Origin: Fidelibacterota bacterium
GTDB taxonomy: Bacteria; Fidelibacterota; Marinisomatia; Marinisomatales; UBA1611
DNA length: 64,000 nt
Assembly (NCBI GenBank): GCA_028101095.1
Contig: JAOHKG010000002.1
Coordinates: 7,916-71,915, forward strand
Reading direction: 5' to 3'
This document shows, in pieces, positions 37,806 through 47,710 of the stretch. Position 1 is the first letter of the stretch. Each line of letters begins with the position of its first letter. Position numbers and translations under genes: made by a program. The notes beneath the pieces were generated by a model. It had not been told where the DNA came from, did not search any database, and saw only the letters and a list, made by a program, of their open reading frames with translations.

Positions 37806-38353
37806 TGGGAAAAAAAATAAGCCGTACAACTTTCACTCTATTTCTTCTTTCTATATTTGGATGTTTGAATAGTAATCAGAATGGAGATAAAAGTATAATG
37901 AAAACAGTGGAATATGTAGATATTGAAAGATTTATGGGCGATTGGTACGTCATAGCCAACATTCCTACGTTTATTGAAAAGGAAGCTACTAATGCAATTG
38001 AATCGTATCGATTAGATAGTGATGGAAATATAGCCACAACTTTCACTTTTTTTAAAAAATCTTCTCCAGAAAAAAAAGTAAAATATACCCCCAAAGGTTT
38101 TATTGTCAATAAAAAAAGTAATGCAGAGTGGGCTATGCAATTCTTATGGCCTTTTAAATCAAAGTTTTTGATAATTAATTTAGATGAAAATTACCAAACT
38201 ACCGTTATTGGTCACCCAAGTAAGAAATATGTTTGGATTATGTCACGGAACCCCATAATTGAAGATAAAAAGTATAAATCTATATTGGATTTTCTCTCAT
38301 CTATAGGATATGATATTGCAGAAATAAAGGACGTCCCCCAAGATTGGGATTAA
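37805..38353 (+). CDS. blc: Bacterial lipocalin (Blc-like) lipoprotein
   Basis: Lipobox-like LLSIFGC. FMGDWYVIANIPTFIEKEATNAIESYRLDSDGNI lipocalin signature. Confidence 0.8.
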   Translation: MGKKISRTTFTLFLLSIFGCLNSNQNGDKSIMKTVEYVDIERFMGDWYVIANIPTFIEKEATNAIESYRLDSDGNIATTFTFFKKSSPEKKVKYTPKGFIVNKKSNAEWAMQFLWPFKSKFLIINLDENYQTTVIGHPSKKYVWIMSRNPIIEDKKYKSILDFLSSIGYDIAEIKDVPQDWD

Positions 38354-38381
38354 CCATTTCAAAGTCGTAAAGATATAAACT

Positions 38382-39632
38382 ATGAAAATTGCAATTATAG
38401 GTTCAGGTATTTCAGGGCTTACATCTGGGTACTTATTAAGTCGAAAAAACAATGTTACTGTATTTGAAAAAAATAATTACATAGGTGGACATACCCATAC
38501 TCATTCATTAGAATTTGAAAATAGAACTTATTCTGTAGACTCAGGGTTTATTGTTTACAATGAGAGAACTTATCCAAACTTTATTAAAATTTTGGATCAA
38601 TTGAATGTAAAACGCCAAATAACTAGAATGGGATTTAGTGTTAAGTCAGAAATACATGATTTAGAGTATGCCGGACATTCTTTAAATGGTCTTTTTGCTC
38701 AAAGATCTAATTTAGTAAAACCATCATATCTTAATATGCTTAGAAGTATGTTAAGGTTTAACAGGCAATCAAGAAAAGATTTAGCTATGTTAAGTCCGCA
38801 CTTAACACTCGGCCATTACCTAGAAAATAATAATTACCCTGAAACGTTTATAAAAAATTTCATTATCCCGATAGGAGCAGCGGTATGGTCAACTAAGCCT
38901 ACTGACATGATGGATATGTCTGCGATCTTTTTTATTAGGTTTTTTGAAAACCATGGAATGCTCCAAATAATTGACCGTCCTAAATGGTGGGTAATTAAAA
39001 ATGGTTCTAAATCTTATGTAAAAAGTATTACCAAAAATTTTTATAGTAAAATTAGATTATCTACTCCTGTTGTAAATGTTGAAAGAGTGGATGGTAAAGT
39101 TAGAATCAGTTCTGGAAGGAATAAGGTTACAGAAGAGTTTTTTGATGCAGTTATCTTTGCAACTCATAGTGATCAATCTTTAAAGTTATTAAAAGATCCT
39201 TCAAACCTTGAAAATGAAATTTTAAGCTCAATACCTTATCAAAATAACAAAGCTATTTTACATTATGATGATTCAATCTTACCTAAGAGAAAAAATGCAT
39301 GGTCAAGTTGGAATTATTTATTAGATAGAGATGAGAATCAGCCACTCTCACTTACCTACAATATGAATATTTTACAGGGAATAGATTGTAAAAGAACCTT
39401 CTGTGTTTCCCTTAATAGTGAGAAGTTAATTGACCCTAAAAAAATCCTAAAAACGCTTGATTATGATCATCCTTTATTCAATATTAAAGGTCTAGAAGCT
39501 CAAAAGCGAAAGCATGAGATCAGTGGGATTAATAATACTTATTATTGCGGTGCCTATTGGAGGAATGGTTTTCATGAAGATGGTGTTGTGAGTGCATTAG
39601 ATGTTTGCGCAGATTTTGGTGAATTTTTATGA
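38382..39632 (+). CDS. FAD/NAD-binding oxidoreductase (amine-oxidase/COG2907-like)
   Basis: KIAIIGSGISGLTSGY...VFEKNNYIGGHTHT dinucleotide-binding fold. Confidence 0.8.
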   Translation: MKIAIIGSGISGLTSGYLLSRKNNVTVFEKNNYIGGHTHTHSLEFENRTYSVDSGFIVYNERTYPNFIKILDQLNVKRQITRMGFSVKSEIHDLEYAGHSLNGLFAQRSNLVKPSYLNMLRSMLRFNRQSRKDLAMLSPHLTLGHYLENNNYPETFIKNFIIPIGAAVWSTKPTDMMDMSAIFFIRFFENHGMLQIIDRPKWWVIKNGSKSYVKSITKNFYSKIRLSTPVVNVERVDGKVRISSGRNKVTEEFFDAVIFATHSDQSLKLLKDPSNLENEILSSIPYQNNKAILHYDDSILPKRKNAWSSWNYLLDRDENQPLSLTYNMNILQGIDCKRTFCVSLNSEKLIDPKKILKTLDYDHPLFNIKGLEAQKRKHEISGINNTYYCGAYWRNGFHEDGVVSALDVCADFGEFL

Positions 39633-40405
39633 GTCTTTCATTAAAAAGTTATTTATATACAGGTACAATACAGCATAAAAGGTATACACCCGTCAAGCAT
39701 TTTTTTACTTATCCTTTATTTTTTGCTTATATAGACCTGGATTCTATCAGTTCAACATTAAAAAAATCATGGTTTTGGAATATTAATAAACCTGCAATTA
39801 TATCATTTAATCGAGAGGATTATCATGGAGATAAGAATACTGATTTATCATCATCTGTTCGTGATACAATTCTTGAAAAAACAGGAACCAGGCCAAATGG
39901 CCCCATTAGACTTTTAACCCACTTGAGGTATTTTGGTTATTGTTTTAATCCTGTTAGTTTTTATTATTGTTTTGACAGTGAAGATAAAGAGTTAGAAGTT
40001 ATTTTAGCAGAGGTTACAAATACTCCATGGAAAGAAAGACATGCCTATGTTATTGATAAAAAATCAAAAAAAGAGGCTCTGGCATTTGATATTGATTTAG
40101 AAAAAAAATTGCATGTAAGCCCTTTTTGGGGGATGGATCATCGTTATAAATGGATGTTCTCACCTCCGGAAAAAAAGCTATTAATAAATATGAAAAATTT
40201 TAAAGAAGAATCAAAAGTTTTTGATGCAACTTTAAAGCTAGACCGTCTACCCTTAACTAGAAAAATGCTTTTAAAACAGATAATTAAGTTTCCTTTTATA
40301 ACGATTGTAGTTGTAATGAGAATTCATTTAAATGCAATTTTACTGTGGGTTAAAAGAGTTCCTTTCCATGTACATCCAAATAAAATACAAAATGAGAATA
40401 AATAA
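39629..40405 (+). CDS. DUF1365 family protein
   Basis: YTGTIQHKRYTPVKHFFTYPLFFAYIDLD, typical of a DUF1365 N-terminus. ATGA overlap with the upstream gene. Confidence 0.75.
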   Translation: MSLSLKSYLYTGTIQHKRYTPVKHFFTYPLFFAYIDLDSISSTLKKSWFWNINKPAIISFNREDYHGDKNTDLSSSVRDTILEKTGTRPNGPIRLLTHLRYFGYCFNPVSFYYCFDSEDKELEVILAEVTNTPWKERHAYVIDKKSKKEALAFDIDLEKKLHVSPFWGMDHRYKWMFSPPEKKLLINMKNFKEESKVFDATLKLDRLPLTRKMLLKQIIKFPFITIVVVMRIHLNAILLWVKRVPFHVHPNKIQNENK

Positions 40406-40410
40406 GAATT

Positions 40411-41682
40411 ATGAACCAAAATTATCAAATAAAAGAATTAGCAGATTCAGTTAGCTCTTCGAAAAAGAGTACTTTATTATCTTCTGTTTTCAAAAAGGCT
40501 CTAATTAAAAAATTTAAAAATATTGAGATTGGGTTTATTGAGCTAATTGATAAAAATAATAAATATTATTTTGGAAAAAGTTCTGATAAGCTAAAAGCCT
40601 CTATTACTGTTAATTCCCAAGAATTTTATGTTTTTTTAGGTAGTGGTGGAACTCTTGGGGTTTCAGAATCTTATATGGCAGGATATTGGGAGTCCGACAA
40701 CTTGGTAGCTCTTTTGCAAATTGTTTTGAAAAACAGACCAGTTCTAGAATCTCTTGATTCAGGTATTGCCAAGCTAATTCAGCCAATAAACAAAAAAATT
40801 CATAAAAATCGACAAAATACTTTGAAAGGAAGTAAAAATAATATTCTAGCTCATTATGATTTGAGTAATGAGTTTTATAAACTTTGGTTGGATTCAACAA
40901 TGACTTATTCTTGTGGTTATTTCAAAAATACCCAATCTACGCTGAAAGAAGCTTCTATTGAAAAAATAGATAGAATTTGTCGGAAATTAGAGTTGTCTGA
41001 AAGTGATACCCTACTAGAGATCGGAACAGGTTGGGGCAGTTTTTCTGCTTATGCAGCGGAAAATTATGGTTGCAGTATTGTAACCACTACGATTTCGGAT
41101 GCTCAATATGAATACGCTGAATCACTTTTTAAAAAGAAAGGCTTAGAATCTAAAATTAAATTAATCAATATGGATTACCGTAAATTAGAAGGTCAATATG
41201 ATAAAATAGTTTCCGTAGAAATGATTGAAGCTGTTGGGTACCAATACATTCCAGAGTACTTAAAAAAAATTAACTTATTATTAAAACCAAACGGAAAAGC
41301 TGCGATACAAGCTATCACATATAATGACCAGAATTTTGATACTTATAAAAATTCGGTTGACTTTATTAAAAAATATATTTTCCCTGGTTCATGCCTAGTG
41401 TCACTTGCTCAAGTAATAGATGTATTAAAAGTTTACACCGACATGGCTCTAGTTGATATGGAAGATATTACTATTCATTATGCAGAAACCTTAAAACAAT
41501 GGCGAGGAAACTTCCTAGAGGTTATCCCAGAAGTTAAAAAATTAGGATTTTCAAATTCGTTTATTAAAATGTGGGAATTTTATTTTGTTTTCTGTGAGGC
41601 TGGCTTTCTAGAGCGTAATATAGGAGACATCCAAATGATTTTAGCAAAAAGTAACACAAGAGATATAAGGATTAATTATTAA
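40411..41682 (+). CDS. cfa: Cyclopropane-fatty-acyl-phospholipid synthase family methyltransferase
   Basis: HYDLSNEFYKLWLDSTMTYSCGYF and SAM motif LLEIGTGWG. Confidence 0.85.
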   Translation: MNQNYQIKELADSVSSSKKSTLLSSVFKKALIKKFKNIEIGFIELIDKNNKYYFGKSSDKLKASITVNSQEFYVFLGSGGTLGVSESYMAGYWESDNLVALLQIVLKNRPVLESLDSGIAKLIQPINKKIHKNRQNTLKGSKNNILAHYDLSNEFYKLWLDSTMTYSCGYFKNTQSTLKEASIEKIDRICRKLELSESDTLLEIGTGWGSFSAYAAENYGCSIVTTTISDAQYEYAESLFKKKGLESKIKLINMDYRKLEGQYDKIVSVEMIEAVGYQYIPEYLKKINLLLKPNGKAAIQAITYNDQNFDTYKNSVDFIKKYIFPGSCLVSLAQVIDVLKVYTDMALVDMEDITIHYAETLKQWRGNFLEVIPEVKKLGFSNSFIKMWEFYFVFCEAGFLERNIGDIQMILAKSNTRDIRINY

Positions 41683-41684
41683 TT

Positions 41685-42719
41685 ATGGTAAAAACGTTAA
41701 TTCAATTGGCTGAAAAAGGTTTAATTCCTGATTTTTTAATTAGAATTGGAATTAAAAAGTTATCCAAAGTTCGTCTTGATTGGGCTAAAAACTCTACTCC
41801 AGGTCAAGTTGCTAAAAGGCATCAAGATTGGGTTGAGACGCTTAAAAATAGTCCAATTGCACTGGTGCCAGAAAAAGCGAACGAACAACATTATGAGGTG
41901 CCTCCATCTTTTTTTAAGTATTGTTTAGGTCCTAATCTAAAATATAGCTCGGGCTATTGGCCTAAAAATGTTCATAGTCTAGAAGGCTCTGAGAATGCGA
42001 TGTTAGAACTAAGTTGTGAGAGAGCTGAAATTAGAAATGGTCATAAAATTTTAGAGTTAGGCTGTGGCTGGGGCTCACTTACATGTTTTATGGCTATGAA
42101 ATATCCTGAAAGTCATATCACAGCGGTTAGTAATTCGAAAGATCAAAAGAAGCATATTCTAAAAAGATGTGCAGAAAATCAAATTAAAAATGTTGAAGTG
42201 ATTACCGCTGATATGAATGATTTTGATATTAAAGAAAGTTTTGATAGAGTTGTTTCAATCGAAATGTTTGAGCACATGCGCAACTATAAAGTCTTATTGT
42301 CTAAGGTCGCTGGTTTTTTAAAAAGTGGAGGTAAGGTTTTTATTCATATCTTTACACATCAATTTTTAGCATACCCATTTGAAGATCAAGGTGATGGTGA
42401 CTGGATGGCTAGAGAGTTTTTCAGCGGTGGAATGATGCCATCACATAACCTTCTGTTGCACTTTCAAGAGGATGTAAAAATTGATTGTATTTGGAGATTA
42501 TCAGGGACTCATTATGAAAAAACCTCTTTAGCTTGGTTGAAAAAGATGGATAAGAATAAAAAACAAATAATTAAGATATTCAACAAAACTTATGGAGAAG
42601 ATCAGGCCCAACTTTGGTTTCAAAGATGGAGAATTTTTTATTTATCATGTGAGCAACTTTTTGGATATGAAAATGGAACTGAGTGGGGTGTTTCGCATTA
42701 CAGGTTTGTAAAAAAATAA
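41685..42719 (+). CDS. Second CFA-synthase/mycolic-acid-methyltransferase family SAM-dependent methyltransferase
   Basis: EQHYEVPPSFFKYCLGPNLKYSSGYW and SAM motif ILELGCGWG. Confidence 0.8.
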   Translation: MVKTLIQLAEKGLIPDFLIRIGIKKLSKVRLDWAKNSTPGQVAKRHQDWVETLKNSPIALVPEKANEQHYEVPPSFFKYCLGPNLKYSSGYWPKNVHSLEGSENAMLELSCERAEIRNGHKILELGCGWGSLTCFMAMKYPESHITAVSNSKDQKKHILKRCAENQIKNVEVITADMNDFDIKESFDRVVSIEMFEHMRNYKVLLSKVAGFLKSGGKVFIHIFTHQFLAYPFEDQGDGDWMAREFFSGGMMPSHNLLLHFQEDVKIDCIWRLSGTHYEKTSLAWLKKMDKNKKQIIKIFNKTYGEDQAQLWFQRWRIFYLSCEQLFGYENGTEWGVSHYRFVKK

Positions 42720-42734
42720 ATTGGATTAACATAT

Positions 42735-43451
42735 ATGTATATTTTACTTTTCATATTTTTTCATTGGTATTTCTCGCTGTTCTTTCAGACATTTTTTTTA
42801 CATAGGTATGCTTCTCATAATATGTTTAAAATGAATATGTTCTGGGAAAAAGTATTTTTCTTTTTTACTTTTATTTTTCAAGGATCCTCGTTCCTTAACC
42901 CTGCTGCATACGCGATAATGCATAGGCGTCACCACTCTTTTACAGATACAGAAAAAGACCCTCATTCACCTTTATTCATTAAAAACATTATTTTATTTAA
43001 TATTGCAACAGCGACGAGGTATAGAGAATTAGTTGAAAAGATCAATCAAGGAAGAATTAAAGAAAAAAATTTACCAAGATGGCCTTTCCTTGAAAAATTA
43101 GGGGAATCATTACTGATAAGAGCTCTTTTTATTCTTATTTATTTTAGCTTTTACTATTCATTTACGACTGCCTCCTGGCAATATATATTTTTACCTCTAA
43201 ATATTTTTATGGGGCCGCTTCATGGATTTATTGTGAACTGGTTTGGTCATAAGACGGGGTACAGAAATTTTCCTGAATTAGAAGATAATTCAAAAAACTC
43301 ATTGCCAATAGATTTTTTAATGATGGGGGAGTTATATCAGAATAATCATCACAAAAAGCCAAATGATATTAATTTTGCTAAACGTTTATTTGAAGTAGAC
43401 TTTGGATTTTTAATATCAGAATTATTTAAAAAGATGAGGATAATATATTGA
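42735..43451 (+). CDS. Membrane fatty-acid desaturase family protein (short)
   Basis: His boxes HRYASH, HRRHH and QNNHH, with hydrophobic segments. Confidence 0.7.
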   Translation: MYILLFIFFHWYFSLFFQTFFLHRYASHNMFKMNMFWEKVFFFFTFIFQGSSFLNPAAYAIMHRRHHSFTDTEKDPHSPLFIKNIILFNIATATRYRELVEKINQGRIKEKNLPRWPFLEKLGESLLIRALFILIYFSFYYSFTTASWQYIFLPLNIFMGPLHGFIVNWFGHKTGYRNFPELEDNSKNSLPIDFLMMGELYQNNHHKKPNDINFAKRLFEVDFGFLISELFKKMRIIY

Positions 43452-44338
43452 AAGTAATTAATCATAACCCTAAAGACTATTTAGCTATAAGTTTCATTTT
43501 TTTTATTTCTTGCTTACTCTCTTACGGAGTAGGATTTGAAATGCCGACATATTCTGGGTTTCCCATTATTTTCATCTGTATGGTGTTTAGTTTTTTAGTT
43601 CATTGGATTGCTTTTATCCCCTCATATTTTTTTAAGACTGAAAAATTTTATGATATTTCAGGAACATTAGCATATTTGATTGTCATAGGTTCCGCAACAC
43701 TTTTAACAAAAAAATTATCGGGAGAACAATTTTTTCTTCGATCGTATATTATCTCAATATTAGTAATTATTTGGGCCTTGAGATTAGGGCTATTTTTATT
43801 TATTCGCGTTTTAAAGAATGGCGAAGACCGTCGTTTTAGAGAGCCAATGAAATCATTTTCTAAATTTCTTCTATGGTGGAGTATGTCAGCATTATGGGTC
43901 TTTCTCACAACGCTTAATGCGGTTACTCTTATAATTAATAATTATAAAATAACTTATGATTATTTTTTCTTTATTGGTATTTCACTCTGGATTTCAGGTT
44001 TCATTATTGAATTAATCTCAGATGAGCAAAAAAGAAGGTTTAAAAAAGACGATAAAAATAAAGAATTATTTATTTCTTCAGGCTTGTGGAGCTTATCTAG
44101 GCATCCAAATTATTTTGGAGAGATAGTGATTTGGATAGGTGTTTTCGTCATATCAATACCAGCATTACATGGAATGCAATTCTTAAGTATTCTATCACCT
44201 ATTTTTGTCTACTTTTTGTTAACCCGAATCAGTGGTGTCAACCTACTTGAAGAAAGAGCGGATCTCAAATGGGGAAATTTGGAAGGTTATAAGCGTTATA
44301 AAAAAAATACCTCCATACTCTTCCCGTATAAATCATAG
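43448..44338 (+). CDS. DUF1295 / steroid-5-alpha-reductase-like membrane protein
   Basis: SRHPNYFGEI motif, multi-TM. 4-nt overlap with the upstream gene. Confidence 0.75.
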   Translation: MKVINHNPKDYLAISFIFFISCLLSYGVGFEMPTYSGFPIIFICMVFSFLVHWIAFIPSYFFKTEKFYDISGTLAYLIVIGSATLLTKKLSGEQFFLRSYIISILVIIWALRLGLFLFIRVLKNGEDRRFREPMKSFSKFLLWWSMSALWVFLTTLNAVTLIINNYKITYDYFFFIGISLWISGFIIELISDEQKRRFKKDDKNKELFISSGLWSLSRHPNYFGEIVIWIGVFVISIPALHGMQFLSILSPIFVYFLLTRISGVNLLEERADLKWGNLEGYKRYKKNTSILFPYKS

Positions 44339-44341
44339 TAT

Positions 44342-44923
44342 ATGTCAAAAAATTTAAAGTTAATATTAAATTTTTTTATTTTTACAAACTTATCACTTAA
44401 CCATCTTATGGCAATTGAAACACCGAAATATAGGTTACTAAAAAAAGATAATAAAATTCAAATAAGAGATTACGAATCAGCTATCGTAGCTAAGACTTAT
44501 GTAACTGATAATTTTAAAGAAGCATCGTCTACTGGTTTTAGGCGAATTGCTAATTACATTTTTGGTGGAAACAGTAAGGGCAAAAGCATTTCAATGACTG
44601 CGCCAGTTCTAGTCTCTAAAGATAATGATACTAATAAACATGAAATCCTCTTTTTTATGCCTCGTGAATATAAAATTGAAACATTACCCAAGCCTTCTCT
44701 AGAAAGCGTAGTCGTTGAAGATAGGTCTCTAGGGAAAGTAGCATCTATAAGTTTTGGGGGCTGGGCAACTGAAAAGAATATTCTCTACAATAAGGAAATA
44801 TTAAAAAAATATCTAAAGAAAAATAGTTATGAGATTTTAGATAATTTTATGGTGGCACAGTATAACTCTCCTTGGGCTATTCCTCCTTTTAGGAGAAATG
44901 AAATCCTTGTGAAAATTAATTAA
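44342..44923 (+). CDS. SOUL heme-binding-family protein
   Basis: IETPKYRLL, FRRIANYIFGGN and ISMTAPV motifs. Confidence 0.75.
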   Translation: MSKNLKLILNFFIFTNLSLNHLMAIETPKYRLLKKDNKIQIRDYESAIVAKTYVTDNFKEASSTGFRRIANYIFGGNSKGKSISMTAPVLVSKDNDTNKHEILFFMPREYKIETLPKPSLESVVVEDRSLGKVASISFGGWATEKNILYNKEILKKYLKKNSYEILDNFMVAQYNSPWAIPPFRRNEILVKIN

Positions 44924-44963
44924 ACTCAATTAAACTTATCACCTAATTAAAAGGATAATTAAA

Positions 44964-45305
44964 ATGCTAATAAAAATAGAAATCCTAATTGAAGCATTAA
45001 AAATAGTAGCTGCAGTCGCTGTTTTTTTTGTTTGGGTTGTTAGATATGATAATATAAAAAAAGAGTTTGAGAAGTTTGGTTTTCCAAGCTGGTTTAGAGA
45101 TATGATAGGTATCCTTAAAATATCATTTACATTTATGCTGCATTCAGCTAATAATTATACTGTCTTATTAGGCTCTTTTGGGATTGTATCTCTGATGATT
45201 GGAGCAATTCTTACACATGTTAAAATAAAAAATCCAATAACAGAAATGTTTCCTGCAATATCAATGTTGTCCATAGGGATCCTTATATTATACTCGAGCC
45301 TATAA
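44964..45305 (+). CDS. Small DoxX-like membrane protein
   Basis: 113 aa, 3-4 TM. Tentative family call. Confidence 0.4.
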   Translation: MLIKIEILIEALKIVAAVAVFFVWVVRYDNIKKEFEKFGFPSWFRDMIGILKISFTFMLHSANNYTVLLGSFGIVSLMIGAILTHVKIKNPITEMFPAISMLSIGILILYSSL

Positions 45306-45315
45306 TTTAGAATAA

Positions 45316-45333
45316 ATCGCTCAAATCGCTCAA
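45316..45333 (+). promoter_or_regulatory. Tandem 9-bp direct repeat (site B)
   Basis: ATCGCTCAA ATCGCTCAA. Followed by TTGCTT (45341-45346), a 17-nt spacer and TATATT (45364-45369), then the ATG at 45395. Confidence 0.5.
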
Positions 45334-45394
45334 ATTTTATTTGCTTACTTTCTCTAGCTTTTATATATTTTTATATTAATAATTAAGATAAAAT

Positions 45395-45868
45395 ATGACT
45401 TTTCAACAAAAAGTAGTACTAAATAATATTCAGCCCTTAGACGTAATTAGATCTTTTCATAATCATAATTTTGTGGAATTTTTAATCAGTGGGCAACCGG
45501 TAAAAATTAACTCTTGGAAAGGCATTGACGATAATAAAAAAGCCTCTTTTTCATTCTGGTTTTTTGGTTGGAGAAAGATGAATGTTATTCATAAAAATTA
45601 TCATGTCTCTAGGGATAACCTCAGTTTTGAGGACTGTGGTACTGACTTACCTTTTGGGCTCTTAGAATGGAAACATGAACATGTTGTTAGGCCTTACGGA
45701 AATGGGTCAATTATCGAGGACAATGTTACGATGGATAGGTCTTCATTTGTTAAAAGAGTCTTTATTTACCCAATTATGTTGTTCCCAATTTTTATTAGGC
45801 GCATCACTTACAAGATTTGGTTTTATTTTTTAGAAGGAAAAAAATGGAGTTCATTTAAAACATCATGA
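45395..45868 (+). CDS. SRPBCC-fold ligand-binding protein (COG4276-like), tentative
   Basis: 157 aa. LLEWKHEHVV resembles the W-x-H-x-H motif of that family. Confidence 0.4.
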   Translation: MTFQQKVVLNNIQPLDVIRSFHNHNFVEFLISGQPVKINSWKGIDDNKKASFSFWFFGWRKMNVIHKNYHVSRDNLSFEDCGTDLPFGLLEWKHEHVVRPYGNGSIIEDNVTMDRSSFVKRVFIYPIMLFPIFIRRITYKIWFYFLEGKKWSSFKTS

Positions 45869-46353
45869 GACTAACACTTAAAATTTTCACTTATCTTATA
45901 TTTATAGTCCAGATATTCTCGAAGCCTGAGTCAGGAGAAGGAGTCTTGAATGATACTTGGAGATCTGAAAATAATTCTAAATACAAAGTCTGGTTTCAAA
46001 ATTGGTCAAGTTACACAAGATTATTCATTACTATTAATGAAGATACTTTATCAGTTCAAGCTAACAAATATGCGGTTACCAATAAAGAAAAGCCTTACTT
46101 ATTTCCGGCAACTTTCAGTCAAATACTTAAAAGGCAGATTATAGGTAACATAGATTGGGAGGACAACATTTCTTGGGAAGACGGACACGTTAATACCTTT
46201 ACCTACATAGTTGATCGGTCAAATCCTAAAATAGCTCTACCTGTTAAGTTTGAAGGTATTGCAGTCCTTGAAAATGGAAAGCTACGTCTAGAGCTTATCT
46301 CGAGCCGTGATTTAAAATACCACATGCAACTAGTTCCAACATCTGTAGAATAA
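45865..46353 (+). CDS. Exported hypothetical protein
   Basis: 162 aa with a signal-like N-terminus. ATGA overlap with the upstream gene. Confidence 0.45.
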   Translation: MRLTLKIFTYLIFIVQIFSKPESGEGVLNDTWRSENNSKYKVWFQNWSSYTRLFITINEDTLSVQANKYAVTNKEKPYLFPATFSQILKRQIIGNIDWEDNISWEDGHVNTFTYIVDRSNPKIALPVKFEGIAVLENGKLRLELISSRDLKYHMQLVPTSVE

Positions 46354-46367
46354 ATTTGTAGTTTCTA

Positions 46368-46874
46368 TTGAAAAAAAAATATTATAGTAGTCCTATTGTT
46401 ACACTTTCTGAAGAAAATCTCAAAACCAAAAATAATAAAAGTAAAAATGTTGTAACACTAGATGCTCCTGATTGGGTCAACATAATACCGATCACGGCTT
46501 TTAATGAAGTTGTTTTTGTTGAGCAGTTAAGGTATGGAACGGGAAAAGTTACTTTAGAAATCCCTGGGGGAATGGTAGACAGTGGTGAAACAAATCAAAT
46601 GGCCGCAGAAAGAGAGTTGCTCGAAGAAACTGGTTTCCAGGTAGAAAATGTTATTGAACTTGGTAGCTTATCTCCAAATCCCGCCTTATTCACAAACAAA
46701 GTAACTAGTTATGTAGGACATAGTGCCAAAAAAAATAAAGATATTTCTTCTAATGATAAAAATATTAAGGTACATCTAATTCCAATAAAAGATGTTAATC
46801 TATTAATAAATAATGGTGAAATAGATCACGCCCTAGTCGTTGCAGCCTTTTTCCTGTTTAGGAATAGAGGGTAA
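46368..46874 (+). CDS. NUDIX hydrolase
   Basis: Nudix box GGMVDSGETNQMAAERELLEETGF. TTG start. Confidence 0.8.
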   Translation: MKKKYYSSPIVTLSEENLKTKNNKSKNVVTLDAPDWVNIIPITAFNEVVFVEQLRYGTGKVTLEIPGGMVDSGETNQMAAERELLEETGFQVENVIELGSLSPNPALFTNKVTSYVGHSAKKNKDISSNDKNIKVHLIPIKDVNLLINNGEIDHALVVAAFFLFRNRG

Positions 46875-46892
46875 AACGCTCAAAACGCTTAA
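46875..46892 (+). promoter_or_regulatory. Tandem 9-bp direct repeat (site C)
   Basis: AACGCTCAA AACGCTTAA, immediately after the NUDIX stop codon. Confidence 0.5.
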
Positions 46893-46898
46893 AAATCC

Positions 46899-46928
46899 TT
46901 GACACTTATGTCCCTTATCTATTATATT
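46899..46928 (+). promoter_or_regulatory. Sigma-70-type promoter
   Basis: TTGACA (46899-46904), an 18-nt spacer, TATATT (46923-46928). AAGGAG RBS at 46940-46945 before the ATG at 46951. Confidence 0.55.
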
Positions 46929-46950
46929 TGATCAAGATAAAGGAGTTCTT

Positions 46951-47232
46951 ATGAATATTTTACAAGCAGTATCAGAAGGTGCAGATTTAAAACATGCCAA
47001 TGAGAGGCGTGAGGTTAAAAATAACTTTGACGCACGGAAAGCAGATCAAGATTTAAGAGCTTGTCCTTCGTGCAAAGCAGTCTGGGAGATTATGGTTTTT
47101 AATCAAACAATTGATTATAAATATTATCACAATTTTCCAAGATATGGTAAAAAGAGAGGCGTCTGTCCAAGCTGTGCAATTAGAACTAAGAATAAATATT
47201 ATCACAATTCAGAAGTGCTAGATCCTTCATGA
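46951..47232 (+). CDS. Small zinc-ribbon-like protein (two CPSC motifs)
   Basis: 93 aa with CPSCKAVWE and CPSCAIRT. Good RBS. Confidence 0.55.
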   Translation: MNILQAVSEGADLKHANERREVKNNFDARKADQDLRACPSCKAVWEIMVFNQTIDYKYYHNFPRYGKKRGVCPSCAIRTKNKYYHNSEVLDPS

Positions 47233-47531
47233 GCTTATCTTTCATAGATCATATTGCAATAGAGTCTACCGACATTCCGAAATCAGTTGCATGGTATTCC
47301 AATAAATTTGATTGTGAAATAAAGCATCAAGATACTACTTGGGCACTTTTATCGTTTCAAAATATATCCGTAGCTCTTGTAACTCCCGGTGATCATCCTC
47401 CACATTTTGCAGTATATGATAAGAAACTCGGAGCATCAAAAAATTTACAAATTCACAGAGATGGAATAGGGTATAAATATGATAAAGACCCTGACAAAAA
47501 TGTAGTAGAATTGATTGATAGGAAAACATAA
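47229..47531 (+). CDS. Glyoxalase/VOC-family small protein
   Basis: 100 aa. IDHIAIESTDI start typical of the VOC fold, and HFAV. Confidence 0.55.
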   Translation: MSLSFIDHIAIESTDIPKSVAWYSNKFDCEIKHQDTTWALLSFQNISVALVTPGDHPPHFAVYDKKLGASKNLQIHRDGIGYKYDKDPDKNVVELIDRKT

Positions 47532-47554
47532 TTGTGGCAAGCGTTCAAGTGGTG

Positions 47555-47710
47555 ATGGAAAAAAATTATTGTATTGTTTCTGCCTTCGATGAAGATGCAA
47601 ACGATTTAGCTGAAAAAGTTCAACATTTGCTTTCGGATGGTTGGTCAATCTCAGGTGGAATAGCCTCCCTGAATAGTAAGCTGTATCAAACATTAGTAAA
47701 GGGTATCTAA
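47555..47710 (+). CDS. Small DUF1737-like protein (below the ORF-track size cutoff)
   Basis: 51 aa: MEKNYCIVSAFDEDANDLAEKVQHLLSDGWSISGGIASLNSKLYQTLVKGI. Its stop overlaps the next start (TAATG). Confidence 0.45.
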   Translation: MEKNYCIVSAFDEDANDLAEKVQHLLSDGWSISGGIASLNSKLYQTLVKGI

